33,339 nucleotides of DNA from contig JBLHMY010000001.1 in assembly GCA_047621065.1 (NCBI GenBank), positions 1 to 33,339 on the forward strand, in the 5' to 3' direction. The number at the start of each line of letters is the position of its first letter. Position 1 is the first letter of the stretch. Source of the stretch: Glaciecola sp. (lineage in GTDB: Bacteria > Pseudomonadota > Gammaproteobacteria > Enterobacterales > Alteromonadaceae). Of this stretch, positions 20,814 through 30,292 are shown piece after piece. The notes below the pieces were generated by a model that did not search any database, was not told the origin of the DNA, and was given only the letters and a program-made list of their open reading frames with translations. The translations under genes were made by a program, and so were the position numbers.

Positions 20814-21923
20814 ATGTTAATTTTTCGATACTTGCTGCGCGAAACCTTCAAATCACAATTAGCTGTGTTTTTCATACTAATGTCGATTTTTATTACCCTG
20901 CGCTTTGTGCGTATATTAGGAGACGCAACCGACGGCAACGTACCTGCCGATTTAGTCCTTGGGTTTATAACTCTATATAGCCCAGTACTTGCATCTTTGG
21001 TGTTGCCACTGAGCTTGTTTTTGGGAGTGATGCTTGCCCATGGCCGCTTATATGTCGACAGCGAAATGACAGTGCTACGCGCCTGTGGCGTAAGCGAATG
21101 GTATATTGTACGAGTGACCTTATTCGTAGCCTTCTTAGTGGCCATAGCAACGGGTGTGGTTACCTTATACTTAGCACCGCTGGCATTGGAAAAAGAATAT
21201 CAACTACAAGAAGAAGCGGCAAACAAATCAGGCCTAGCCGCAATTATTCCGGGGAGATTCCAACAAACCGGTGAAGACAACGCAGTAATTTTTGTGCACG
21301 ATATTGACACTGAAAACCAAAGCTTACGCAAAGTCTTTTTAGCACAGCCTAGCCTTAACGATAACGACATACATCTAATTTATTCACAAAGCGGTCGTAT
21401 TCAACAAGGTCCTGCTGGAGGCCAACAACTGGTATTAGAAAAAGGCGTGCAATACGAAGGAACAACTGTTTCCAACGATTATCAAATTGTACACTTTGAT
21501 GAATATGCCGTAACGATAGAACAACCCGATGCGCAAGAAGAAAGACGCAAAATGGTGGCTATTCCAACATTAGCGCTATGGAAAATCGACACTATTGAAG
21601 CAAAAGCAGAATTCCAATGGCGCCTAGCAATTCCGCTATCGTTGCCTTTTCTTGTGTTAATAGCGGTACCTTTAAGTGCGGTAGATCCCCGCCAAGGTCG
21701 TTTTGGTAAAATGCTTCCTGCTCTTTTATTGTATTTAGGCTATTTTTTATTGCTACTGGCTAGCAGAAGAGTTATGGAAGATGGCAAACTGCCCAGTTAT
21801 ATTGGACTATGGTGGGTGCATTTATTAATGTTGATGGTAGGCACGGGCCTCATTGCTAGAGAGCGTAAAACAGGCGCCTTTATTCGCCAATTATTTTTAG
21901 GCAAAAAGAAGGCAGATACATAG
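20814..21923 (+). CDS. lptF: LPS export ABC transporter permease LptF
   Basis: MLIFRYLLRE, GRLYVDSEMTVLRACG, AEFQWRLA, PRQGRF; divergent from pepA. Confidence 0.96.
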   Translation: MLIFRYLLRETFKSQLAVFFILMSIFITLRFVRILGDATDGNVPADLVLGFITLYSPVLASLVLPLSLFLGVMLAHGRLYVDSEMTVLRACGVSEWYIVRVTLFVAFLVAIATGVVTLYLAPLALEKEYQLQEEAANKSGLAAIIPGRFQQTGEDNAVIFVHDIDTENQSLRKVFLAQPSLNDNDIHLIYSQSGRIQQGPAGGQQLVLEKGVQYEGTTVSNDYQIVHFDEYAVTIEQPDAQEERRKMVAIPTLALWKIDTIEAKAEFQWRLAIPLSLPFLVLIAVPLSAVDPRQGRFGKMLPALLLYLGYFLLLLASRRVMEDGKLPSYIGLWWVHLLMLMVGTGLIARERKTGAFIRQLFLGKKKADT

Positions 21924-21924
21924 C

Positions 21925-22986
21925 ATGTTTAAACTCATCGATTTATATATAGCGCGCACATTATTTAGCTCTATTGCCGTAACGCTTTCTGTTCTTATTG
22001 GTTTGAGCGCATTGATCAAATTTGTTGAGCAATTGCGCCGAGTTGGCGAAGGCGACTACGATATGACTATTGCGGGACTTTATGTATTGTTAAGTTTGCC
22101 GCGCGAAGTTGAATTGTTTTTACCCATGGCAACCTTACTAGGTGCCCTAATTGGTATGGGATTATTAGCACAAAGTAGCGAACTGATAGTTATGCAAGCA
22201 GCTGGACTGTCGCGTACAAAAATCACCCTTAGTGCGATGAAGTCTATAGTTGTGATTATTATTGCCGTAATGGCGCTGAGCGAGTTTGTAACACCGGTGA
22301 GTGAGACAAAAGCTAAACAAATTAGAACTCAAGCCCTGTCCGGGGGCAGTTTACTGTCGTCAGATTCAATAACATGGGCCAAAGACGGTAACGACTTTGT
22401 GAGTATTGGCCAAGTTTTAAATCAAAATACACTGCAAAAAGTGAATATCTATCAATTCAATGATAATTTGCGTCTAGTCCAAGTTATTAGTGCTAAACAA
22501 GCTACTTTTACAAATGAAAACTGGTTGTTAACCGATGTTAAACAAGTCGTATTTACGCCCCAACGTATTCAAAATAGTCAAATGGTAAGCTACCTATGGG
22601 AAAGTACCATCACCCCCGACAAATTAGGTATAGTGGCGGTTAAACCAGAAGCCTTATCTATCGTTGGATTAAACGAATACATAGACTACTTACGCAATAA
22701 CGGACAAGACTCAGCGCGTTATGAACTGGCTTTATGGCGTAAAATACTGCAGCCGGTCTCTGTCGCAGTTATGTTGTTGATGGCAATGTCATTTATATTT
22801 GGACCTTTACGCTCTGTCACCATGGGCGCTAGAACAGGCATGGGGATTTTGGCTGGGTTTGGATTTTTTGTGAGCAACGAGATGTTTGGCCAAGTGGCAT
22901 TGGTTTTTCAGTTACCTCCGGTGATAGGAGCGCTTCTCCCCAGCTTGTTATTTACCGGCGTGGCACTATTTTTACTGCGGCGATAA
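21925..22986 (+). CDS. lptG: LPS export ABC transporter permease LptG
   Basis: IDLYIAR, LAQSSELIVMQAAG, YELALWRK, SFIFGPLRSVTMGAR. Confidence 0.96.
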   Translation: MFKLIDLYIARTLFSSIAVTLSVLIGLSALIKFVEQLRRVGEGDYDMTIAGLYVLLSLPREVELFLPMATLLGALIGMGLLAQSSELIVMQAAGLSRTKITLSAMKSIVVIIIAVMALSEFVTPVSETKAKQIRTQALSGGSLLSSDSITWAKDGNDFVSIGQVLNQNTLQKVNIYQFNDNLRLVQVISAKQATFTNENWLLTDVKQVVFTPQRIQNSQMVSYLWESTITPDKLGIVAVKPEALSIVGLNEYIDYLRNNGQDSARYELALWRKILQPVSVAVMLLMAMSFIFGPLRSVTMGARTGMGILAGFGFFVSNEMFGQVALVFQLPPVIGALLPSLLFTGVALFLLRR

Positions 22987-23016
22987 AAGTTGCGATATAT
23001 ACAAAAATTAAGCTAA

Positions 23017-23514
23017 CTACCAATTTTTATGATGATTTTGGTCTGTTGTTAACACCAACATTTGGGTACCTGCTATCCGGTCTTGCAAAGACTGTTTCGA
23101 CTTTATATCAACAAGCACCAACAATGTGCCCAAACCACCTAACGAACTAATAAGCCTTAACAGCAAGCGTGCATAGCCGATAGAAGTTTCTTCATGCAAA
23201 CTGTAAATACGTAATCGCCATGCACGCATACCTAGAGTTTGACCACCGTTTTTCCAAAACCATAAAAAGAAACCAACAACCCATAGAACTACCCACACCT
23301 GAATTATCAATGAATAATAAAATGAGGATTGAATAAGCACACTTACATGTTCATAACCTTGCTTAGAGAGTATTCCGCTTTCTAATAGTAATGTTAAAAA
23401 CGCAATTATAATAAGCGCCGCTAGCATACCCACAGCAAGCGCTATTAAGGCGTCATACAACATTGCAGCAAGGCGTCTGAAAAATCCAGCTCTTTGTAAA
23501 TCTGTCGTAGTCAT
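23017..23514 (-). CDS. RDD family membrane protein
   Basis: AGFFRRLAAMLYD, GQTLGMRAWRLRI, SLQDRIAGT. Confidence 0.92.
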   Translation of the reverse strand: MTTTDLQRAGFFRRLAAMLYDALIALAVGMLAALIIIAFLTLLLESGILSKQGYEHVSVLIQSSFYYSLIIQVWVVLWVVGFFLWFWKNGGQTLGMRAWRLRIYSLHEETSIGYARLLLRLISSLGGLGTLLVLVDIKSKQSLQDRIAGTQMLVLTTDQNHHKNW

Positions 23515-23627
23515 AGTGGTAAAAAAATAGTAGTAGGTTAGTTGTAATATATTATCACCGTTCGAGTTATATAGGACGGAATAATTACTAAGCGGTGCAT
23601 TTATATATCAAATCGCGTAAATAAGAC

Positions 23628-23663
23628 TTGATACCATAAACAATATGACTATAATGCACGGCC
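23628..23663 (+). promoter_or_regulatory. Sigma-70 stable-RNA promoter of tRNA-Leu
   Basis: TTGATA (23628-23633), 16-bp spacer, TATAAT (23650-23655), then GC-rich discriminator GCACGGCC. Confidence 0.8.
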
Positions 23664-23702
23664 TCCTTGGAAGAGGAGCACCAATACCAGAAAACTTTCG
23701 AT

Positions 23703-23789
23703 GCCGGAGTGGTGAAATTGGTAGACACACGGGATTCAAAATCCCGCGCCCTTAAAAGCGTGCCGGTTCAAGTCCGGCCTTCGGTACCA
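23703..23789 (+). tRNA. leuX: tRNA-Leu (CAA)
   Basis: Acceptor stem GCCGGAG/CTTCGGT plus ACCA, D-loop AAATTGGTAGA, anticodon arm CGGGA-TTCAAAA-TCCCG, long variable arm, T-arm GCCGG-TTCAAGT-CCGGC. Confidence 0.97.
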
Positions 23790-23814
23790 ATTATGCTGTG
23801 TTTTGCAGCTCACG

Positions 23815-23848
23815 AAAAAGTCGCACTTTAAAAAGTGCGACTTTTTTT
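23815..23848 (+). terminator. Intrinsic terminator after tRNA-Leu
   Basis: AAAAAGTCGCACTTT...AAAGTGCGACTTTTTTT hairpin with U-tract. Confidence 0.88.
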
Positions 23849-24010
23849 GTTTTCTGCCACACCGCTTTACACTACTGTCGTTGTAAACTTCTCGTCTGAA
23901 TATAAACCTCAGTTTACATAGTTTGAACACAAAAATGTCTTTGCCTAATCTTATCCACCTTAACACTACTTAACATAAGGAAATGAATATGGCTTTTTTC
24001 ATGTTCATTG

Positions 24011-24027
24011 TGTCACCTTTTTTTACA
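24011..24027. promoter_or_regulatory. Putative enhancer (upstream activator site) for a sigma-54 activator such as PrsR
   Basis: TGTCACCTTTTTTTACA = TGT-N11-ACA, starting 80 bp upstream of the -24 box of the PEP-CTERM gene. Confidence 0.6.
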
Positions 24028-24090
24028 CCACCGGTAATGAAACAAAAACAATAGCCCCTTCAGCCCTTTAAAATATGGATTATTAAAACT

Positions 24091-24106
24091 TGGCCTAATT
24101 AATGCA
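24091..24106 (+). promoter_or_regulatory. Sigma-54 (-24/-12) promoter
   Basis: TGGCCTAATTAATGCA has exact GG-N10-GC spacing, about 90 bp upstream of the PEP-CTERM start codon. Confidence 0.7.
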
Positions 24107-24197
24107 AATACCATCTTGTAGGAAATGAAAAATCAAAAGTTGTATATCGTATTTAGTTTGAATCCCTATTAACTGATTCATAAAGAGGATAATTAAA

Positions 24198-24986
24198 ATG
24201 GTAATTACCAAAAAATTGGCTGCAGGGCTTATCGTCGTCACAATGGCTATGGGCGTTGCACAAGCAGCAATAATAAAGACTAAGATCGCGTATGGGGCTG
24301 ACAATGCAACTAATGCACATCATGCTTTTTTGGAAGGGTCTTTTAGTTTTATTACAGAAGACTTTAATACAGCTTCCAACCTTGGCCTGGCGAGTTTTGT
24401 CGGCCAAGACACGGGAAATGACGGTCTGAGCTGGATTGATTCTGCAACGTCATATAATACAAGAGTTGGAACATTCACAATAGCATCTGGCGACGGCGAT
24501 ATAGCTGCCCCTACTGCTGAAAACCCACACAATTTGATGATTGAAAGTAGCGATACCGGCGAATTTGGAAGACAAACCGATGGCGTTGACGGCGACCGAC
24601 TCGTAACCGACTTTTGGTTAGACAGTAACGATGCGACCGAAGTTAGTTGGAATTTCTCAGGCATTGGCGCATCTTTCGATAGCTTAGGGTTCTTTATAGT
24701 TGACGCTAACGACAGTAACGCTCAATTACAACTCAACTTTTTAGACGGTACAAATGCACTAGTTGATGTGCTTAAATTAGCAAACCCGTTGTCTAATGGT
24801 AACATTGCCTATATCAGTTTATTTTCAAGTGAAGCATTATTAGGTGCATCGTTAATATTCGAAAATAATGGACGCAATGATGGGTGGGCAATCGATAACG
24901 TGACTGTTGCTAAAGTCCCAGAACCAACAGCAATAGCGATACTTGGCCTTGGTCTTATTAGTTTATTCGCTATGCGTAAGCGTTAA
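24198..24986 (+). CDS. PEP-CTERM sorting-domain surface protein
   Basis: Signal peptide ending AQA-A; Asp/Asn/Ser/Thr-rich body; C-terminal VPEP + hydrophobic helix + RKR; AGAGGA RBS. Confidence 0.95.
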   Translation: MVITKKLAAGLIVVTMAMGVAQAAIIKTKIAYGADNATNAHHAFLEGSFSFITEDFNTASNLGLASFVGQDTGNDGLSWIDSATSYNTRVGTFTIASGDGDIAAPTAENPHNLMIESSDTGEFGRQTDGVDGDRLVTDFWLDSNDATEVSWNFSGIGASFDSLGFFIVDANDSNAQLQLNFLDGTNALVDVLKLANPLSNGNIAYISLFSSEALLGASLIFENNGRNDGWAIDNVTVAKVPEPTAIAILGLGLISLFAMRKR

Positions 24987-25014
24987 TCCATATGTGAATT
25001 AATAATGTTTATTG

Positions 25015-25041
25015 AAAGCCGGCATATTATGTCGGCTTTTT
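25015..25041 (+). terminator. Intrinsic terminator after the PEP-CTERM gene
   Basis: AAAGCCGGCATA-t-TATGTCGGCTTTTT hairpin with U-tract. Confidence 0.82.
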
Positions 25042-25613
25042 GCTATATTAAGTAATAACACTAAATTGCTTCGGTCTTAACTGCAAACCTACAAATCAAC
25101 AAAGCCCTAAGTATTTAAAAACAAAGTCTCGTTATTATTCACGCAGCGTTTACTTGCTATGGAACACAAAGCAGTAATACTTCTGATATTACTGAACAGC
25201 GCAGCGCGCATATTACCCAAAATGTATTTGATTAAGACATTGCGCAAGTTATGCCGAGTCAACACTTACTAGCCCACATTACCCCTTAAGCTTGCAAGCA
25301 CATCTTGATATTGAATACTTTGGAACTTTTAAGGTAAATATAAAAAATAATACCAAAGCACTGCAACACAGCAGCCACGGTAATAAAACGAATGTGATAA
25401 CAGAATTGCTACATTATAAAACTCGTTTACTTGCAACAAGGTCCTTAGGTGCAAAATATCTTGTGCGATGGTCTAGTGTTAGATCAATTACATCAACCAC
25501 TTTAGTTAAAGCAGAATTTACCGATAACCAAGGTGCTATAGAATAATACTGCGCTAATGCTCGTAAAAAACTGATTAGGGGCTAATAGCACAAATTTACT
25601 GACAGGATCCAAC

Positions 25614-26078
25614 ATGAAAACTCACTCGGCGCTATTATTATCGGCCTGCTTGCTCGCCTCCTCTCACTGTGTACTTAGCGCAGATGATGCCCATCACTTT
25701 CCAGGTGTTTTTATAGGCTATACCAACGCCGACAGCAAGACAGAATTTACCTACGGTATTGAGTATGAATATAAATTAAATAAATATTGGGGTGGTGGTT
25801 TTGTCTATGAAGAAGTTGTAGATGCGCATCATGGAGATGGAGTCAGAATAAAAGTCGCACAGTTGTTTTACCACCCATTAAAAAATGTCCGATTAGGACT
25901 TGGTGGCGGTAAAGAAAAAATAGGCGGTAACCATCCTCATTCAGAAGATTTATATCGCTTGAGTGCTAGTTATGAATACCACATTGGTAATTTTGGCATT
26001 GCACCAACATTTGCTGCCGACTTCATCGATGGCGAGAAAGCCTATGTATTTGGTGTTTCCTTTATTAGGCCATTTTAA
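25614..26078 (+). CDS. Small exported protein, probable 8-stranded outer-membrane beta-barrel
   Basis: Signal peptide, alternating amphipathic strands (FTYGIEYEYK, YRLSASYEYH, YVFGVSFIRPF), terminal Phe; CAGGA RBS. Confidence 0.72.
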   Translation: MKTHSALLLSACLLASSHCVLSADDAHHFPGVFIGYTNADSKTEFTYGIEYEYKLNKYWGGGFVYEEVVDAHHGDGVRIKVAQLFYHPLKNVRLGLGGGKEKIGGNHPHSEDLYRLSASYEYHIGNFGIAPTFAADFIDGEKAYVFGVSFIRPF

Positions 26079-26255
26079 AGAGGCGCATTACGCGTATTTT
26101 TTAAATATGCGTTCACGATTTAGCAATATAAATACCAGTTTGAACATTCAAATTGGTATTTATGTATGTCAAAAACTAAGCGCTATCTAGTCAACTAGAA
26201 GAGTTTGCTACAGACAATCAAGAAATAATTGATGTTACTAAAACGCCCTTAAATA

Positions 26256-27785
26256 CTACGGTTGTGATAGTAGGTCCAAACCTGTCAGATCAGACAAAGC
26301 ATTTGACGTAATCAGTTGTTTAGCCGCTTCAATATCGGGCGAAAAATATCTGTCTTTGTCGTAAAAACTAATTCTACTGCGCAACAAGGCCTTTACCGCT
26401 TCTAAATTATGGCTGGTTACCAAGGGTCTTCTGAAATCTAAGCCTTGGCATGCTGCTAGCCATTCAATCGCTAATATCCCCGCAACATTATCGAAAATAT
26501 CGCGTAATCGCCTGCCAGCAAAAGTTGCCATCGACACGTGATCTTCTTGATTAGCAGAAGTAGGTATAGAGTCAATTGAAGCCGGATGTGCATAGGTTTT
26601 GTTCTCGCTAGCAAGGGCTGCGCTAGTCACTTGAGCGATCATAAACCCAGAATTAACGCCGCCGTTGTCTACCAGAAATGCGGGTAGTCCACTTAAATTG
26701 GCATCAATTAATAGGGCCATACGGCGTTCAGATAAGGCACCTATTTCAGACAGTGCAATGGCTAGCATATCAGCGGTCATTGCCACGGCTTCAGCATGGA
26801 AGTTGCCGCCCGATAAAATATCACCGCAATCTGCAAACACTAAGGGATTGTCTGACACACCATTAGCTTCGGTCACCAAGGTTTGCGCGGCAAAACGAAT
26901 TTGCTGCAAGCAAGCTCCCATTACTTGTGGTTGGCAGCGCAAGGAATAGGGGTCTTGTACTTTTGCACAGCCTTCATGAGAATTGCCAATTTCCGACTGA
27001 TCTAGAAATTCTCGAAATGCGCTAGCAACGTCTGACTGAGCTTTATGTCCGCGCGCAGCGTGAATACGATCATCAAACGGCACACGCGAACCTAATGCGG
27101 CGTCTACGCTTAGCGCACCTATCGCTATGGCGCTGTGTATCGAGTTTTCTGCATAAAACAAGCCTTGTAAAGTAAAGGCGGTAGAAGCTTGTGTGCCATT
27201 TAGAAGTGCTAAGCCTTCTTTTGGCGCAAGTGCAATTTTTTTCAATCCAGCAATAATCAGTCCTTGCTCTGCACTAATACGATTGCCTTGATAAATAACC
27301 TCACCTTCGCCTAGCAGCACCGCACTCATATGAGCAAGAGGCGCGAGGTCTCCTGATGCTCCAACAGACCCCTTTTCAGGAATAGCAGGATATACCTGAT
27401 GATTATATAATGCGATAAGTGCTTCTATTACCAACAAACGAATGCCTGAGTAGCCTCTTGCTAATGAATTAATTTTGAGTAGCAACATCAAACGAACGGT
27501 ATCTGCACTCATAAATTTACCAATGCCAGCGGCATGAGACAATACGATGCTGCGTTGCAATAACTCCAACTCCTCCACTTCTATTTTGGTATTTGCGAGT
27601 AAGCCAAAACCCGTGTTAATGCCATACACCGTTCGGCCTTCGCGAATAACATCTAGTACCGTTTGCTCAGCGGCGTGTATATTGGCAACTGCGCTTTGAT
27701 CGAGGCTAATGGGAACATGTCGTCTATGTACCTCACGCATATGATTAAGAGAGAGTTCGCCGGGTTGCACTATTATATTTTTCAT
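26256..27785 (-). CDS. hutH: Histidine ammonia-lyase
   Basis: [23 protein letters not shown] (ASG/MIO), [18 protein letters not shown]. Confidence 0.98.
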   Translation of the reverse strand: MKNIIVQPGELSLNHMREVHRRHVPISLDQSAVANIHAAEQTVLDVIREGRTVYGINTGFGLLANTKIEVEELELLQRSIVLSHAAGIGKFMSADTVRLMLLLKINSLARGYSGIRLLVIEALIALYNHQVYPAIPEKGSVGASGDLAPLAHMSAVLLGEGEVIYQGNRISAEQGLIIAGLKKIALAPKEGLALLNGTQASTAFTLQGLFYAENSIHSAIAIGALSVDAALGSRVPFDDRIHAARGHKAQSDVASAFREFLDQSEIGNSHEGCAKVQDPYSLRCQPQVMGACLQQIRFAAQTLVTEANGVSDNPLVFADCGDILSGGNFHAEAVAMTADMLAIALSEIGALSERRMALLIDANLSGLPAFLVDNGGVNSGFMIAQVTSAALASENKTYAHPASIDSIPTSANQEDHVSMATFAGRRLRDIFDNVAGILAIEWLAACQGLDFRRPLVTSHNLEAVKALLRSRISFYDKDRYFSPDIEAAKQLITSNALSDLTGLDLLSQP

Positions 27786-29465
27786 TTAATTCACCCCATC
27801 GACGTCAAGCATAGGTAGGTCGAGCTTTTTATCTCGAGCGCAATTTTTGGCAATCTCGTAACCGGCGTCTGCGTGACGCATTACGCCGGTTGCCGGATCG
27901 TTATGAAGAACTCGAGCAATTCGTGCGTCAGCATCTGCAGTGCCATCGCATACAATCACCATCCCTGAATGCTGACTAAAACCCATGCCTACTCCGCCCC
28001 CATGATGCAGACTGACCCAAGTTGCTCCGCCTGCGGTATTTAATAATGCATTTAAAAGCGGCCAGTCAGAAACAGCATCAGACCCGTCTAACATACTTTC
28101 GGTTTCTCTATTGGGTGACGCTACCGACCCCGAATCGAGGTGATCTCGCCCAATGACAATAGGCGCAGACAACTCGCCATTCCTTACCATTTGATTAAAC
28201 GCAAGCCCAAGTTTTGCTCGTTCACCTAAACCGACCCAACAAATGCGGGCCGGTAGTCCTTGAAATTGAATACGGGTTTTGGCCATATCTAGCCAGTTGT
28301 GTAAATGTGGGTTGTGGGGGATCAGCTCCTTCACTTTTGCATCGGTTTTATATATGTCTTGTGGATCACCAGACAATGCAACCCAGCGAAACGGACCTAT
28401 TCCTTGACAAAATAAAGGACGAATATAAGCGGGCACAAACCCAGGAAAATCGAACGCATTTTTGATGCCTTCATCAAACGCCATTTGTCTAATATTATTA
28501 CCATAGTCTAACGTTGCGGCGCCTCTTTTTTGGAAGCCTAGCATTGCTGAAACCTGCACTGCCATTGACCGTTTAGCATATTTAATAACTCTAGCTTCGT
28601 TGGCTTTTCTGGTGCTTGCAGCTTGCTCTAAGGTCCAGTGAGATGGCAAGTAGCCATTCAGAGGATCGTGGGCACTAGTCTGGTCTGTCACCACATCAGG
28701 AATAACATTTCTGGCTAGTAATTCGGGGAACACATCGGCAGCATTAGCTAAAAGCCCTACTGAAATTGTCTTACCCTCTAACTTTGCTTGTGATAATAAT
28801 TCCAGCGCATGATCAAGGTCATTTGCCTTCTTATCTAAGTAAGCGGTCTTCAATCTGAAGTCGATACGACTTTCATCCACTTCAACCGCTAGCATTGAAA
28901 ACCCAGCCATAGTGGCCGCTAAAGGTTGTGCTCCGCCCATACCACCTAGACCACCCGTAAGCACCCAGCGTCCATTTGCATCACCATTAAAGTGGGCCTT
29001 AGCGATACTCACAAATGTTTCATAAGTGCCTTGAATAATCCCTTGGGAACCAATATAAATCCACGACCCAGCTGTCATTTGCCCATACATCATCAAGCCC
29101 TGTTTATCGAGTTCGTTAAAATGCTCCCACGTTGCCCAATGCGGAACTAAGTTAGAGTTAGCTATAAGTACTCTCGGGGCGTTTTCATGTGTGGGGAATA
29201 CACCAACTGGCTTGCCGCTTTGTACTAAAAGCGTTTCGTCATTGTTAAGGCGTTTTAATGCCTCTACTATTTTGTCAAAACATTGCCAATTTCGTGCCGC
29301 TCGGCCAATACCTCCGTAAACAACTAAGTCTTGAGGGTGCTCGGCTACTTCAGGATCAAGATTGTTCATTAACATACGCAGAGCAGCTTCAGTTTGCCAA
29401 CTTTTAGTATTTAGTTTGGTGCCTGTTGGTGATTTTATAACGCGCGTTGGGTCGTGGCGGTCCAT
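27786..29465 (-). CDS. hutU: Urocanate hydratase
   Basis: [50 protein letters not shown]. Its stop abuts the hutH ATG (TAAATG). Confidence 0.98.
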   Translation of the reverse strand: MDRHDPTRVIKSPTGTKLNTKSWQTEAALRMLMNNLDPEVAEHPQDLVVYGGIGRAARNWQCFDKIVEALKRLNNDETLLVQSGKPVGVFPTHENAPRVLIANSNLVPHWATWEHFNELDKQGLMMYGQMTAGSWIYIGSQGIIQGTYETFVSIAKAHFNGDANGRWVLTGGLGGMGGAQPLAATMAGFSMLAVEVDESRIDFRLKTAYLDKKANDLDHALELLSQAKLEGKTISVGLLANAADVFPELLARNVIPDVVTDQTSAHDPLNGYLPSHWTLEQAASTRKANEARVIKYAKRSMAVQVSAMLGFQKRGAATLDYGNNIRQMAFDEGIKNAFDFPGFVPAYIRPLFCQGIGPFRWVALSGDPQDIYKTDAKVKELIPHNPHLHNWLDMAKTRIQFQGLPARICWVGLGERAKLGLAFNQMVRNGELSAPIVIGRDHLDSGSVASPNRETESMLDGSDAVSDWPLLNALLNTAGGATWVSLHHGGGVGMGFSQHSGMVIVCDGTADADARIARVLHNDPATGVMRHADAGYEIAKNCARDKKLDLPMLDVDGVN

Positions 29466-29492
29466 AGTGTTTCCTTAGCAGTTTTAATAATC

Positions 29493-30194
29493 TCAAAAAT
29501 CTAAATGGCCGCCAATACGGTAGCGATTTCCGGGGTGGTATAACTGTGCATAGCTAACAATACCTTTAGCCGAAAATGTTCTTCTGCTTATTTTCAGGCA
29601 CGGTTGGTTTTGCTCAATTTGTAACAGGGTAGAAATTTTTTGGTTAACAATGACCGCTTCAACAACATGGTCGGCTTCAGTGAGTGGTGCTACATGACTT
29701 AAATAACGACTAGTGGTACTAAATTCAAAATCTTGTGCTAAATATTCAGGGGCCCATTTGGGATTAACCAATCTAGACTCCAATTGTACGGGCAGGTCAT
29801 TTTCTAGATGTACAATCTGAGTTTTAAATACTAAGGCGCCTAAATTGACGCCTAGCCAAGCACTGTGTTCTTGCCCAGCAGACACGCTTTGCAAACTTAT
29901 GACTTGGTTAGAATAGCGATGCCCACGCTGCAAAATTTCTTCGTCAATACTGCGAATATTTAAGATTGAACTCATGGGGCGTGAATCTGAAACAAAAGTA
30001 CCACGTCCTTGAGAACGAAATAAAATACCTTCAGTGACCAACTCGGTTATTGCTCTTCTAGATGTCATTCGACTAACCGAAAACTGCTCGGCCAATTTAT
30101 TTTCAGACGCTATTTTGTCGCCAGGTTTCATCTGCCCTGATTCGATTAAATCAAGCAAAGCCGACTTTATGACAACAAATCGAGATAACTCCAT
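29493..30194 (-). CDS. hutC: Histidine utilisation repressor (GntR/UTRA)
   Basis: SENKLAEQFSVSRMTSRRA, RSQGRGTFV, APLTEADH.VEA, HPGNRYR. ATG 30194 preferred over the track's TTG 30242, which abuts the operator. Confidence 0.94.
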   Translation of the reverse strand: MELSRFVVIKSALLDLIESGQMKPGDKIASENKLAEQFSVSRMTSRRAITELVTEGILFRSQGRGTFVSDSRPMSSILNIRSIDEEILQRGHRYSNQVISLQSVSAGQEHSAWLGVNLGALVFKTQIVHLENDLPVQLESRLVNPKWAPEYLAQDFEFSTTSRYLSHVAPLTEADHVVEAVIVNQKISTLLQIEQNQPCLKISRRTFSAKGIVSYAQLYHPGNRYRIGGHLDF

Positions 30195-30242
30195 AATGAC
30201 CTTTTCACAAAAATGGATGAATATAGAAGTTAACTCAAGCAA

Positions 30243-30256
30243 CTTGTATATACAAG
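30243..30256. promoter_or_regulatory. HutC operator
   Basis: Perfect palindrome CTTGTATATACAAG (core TGTA-N2-TACA, the known HutC box) between divergent hutC and hutI. Confidence 0.9.
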
Positions 30257-30292
30257 CTAGTACACGTAAACTAATTAAAATTCAAAGCGAGA

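Noticed and set aside
23736-23966. 76-aa - strand ORF ending WYRRPDLNRHAFKGAGF
   Set aside because: This is the reverse-complement translation of the tRNA-Leu and its terminator, a well-known artefact.
25391-25415. Possible Zur box upstream of the His-rich barrel (AATGTGATAACAGAATTGCTACATT)
   Set aside because: The spacing is too long for the gammaproteobacterial Zur core TGTTATA-N-TATAACA; only the left half resembles it.
25292-25546. 84-aa + strand ORF in the long intergenic gap
   Set aside because: TTG start, no RBS and no recognisable motif; not supportable as a gene without homology evidence.
26090-26112. Hairpin ACGCGTATTT-ttt-AAATATGCGT between the barrel gene and hutH
   Set aside because: AT-rich stem with no U-tract; it may be a weak terminator but cannot be called with confidence.
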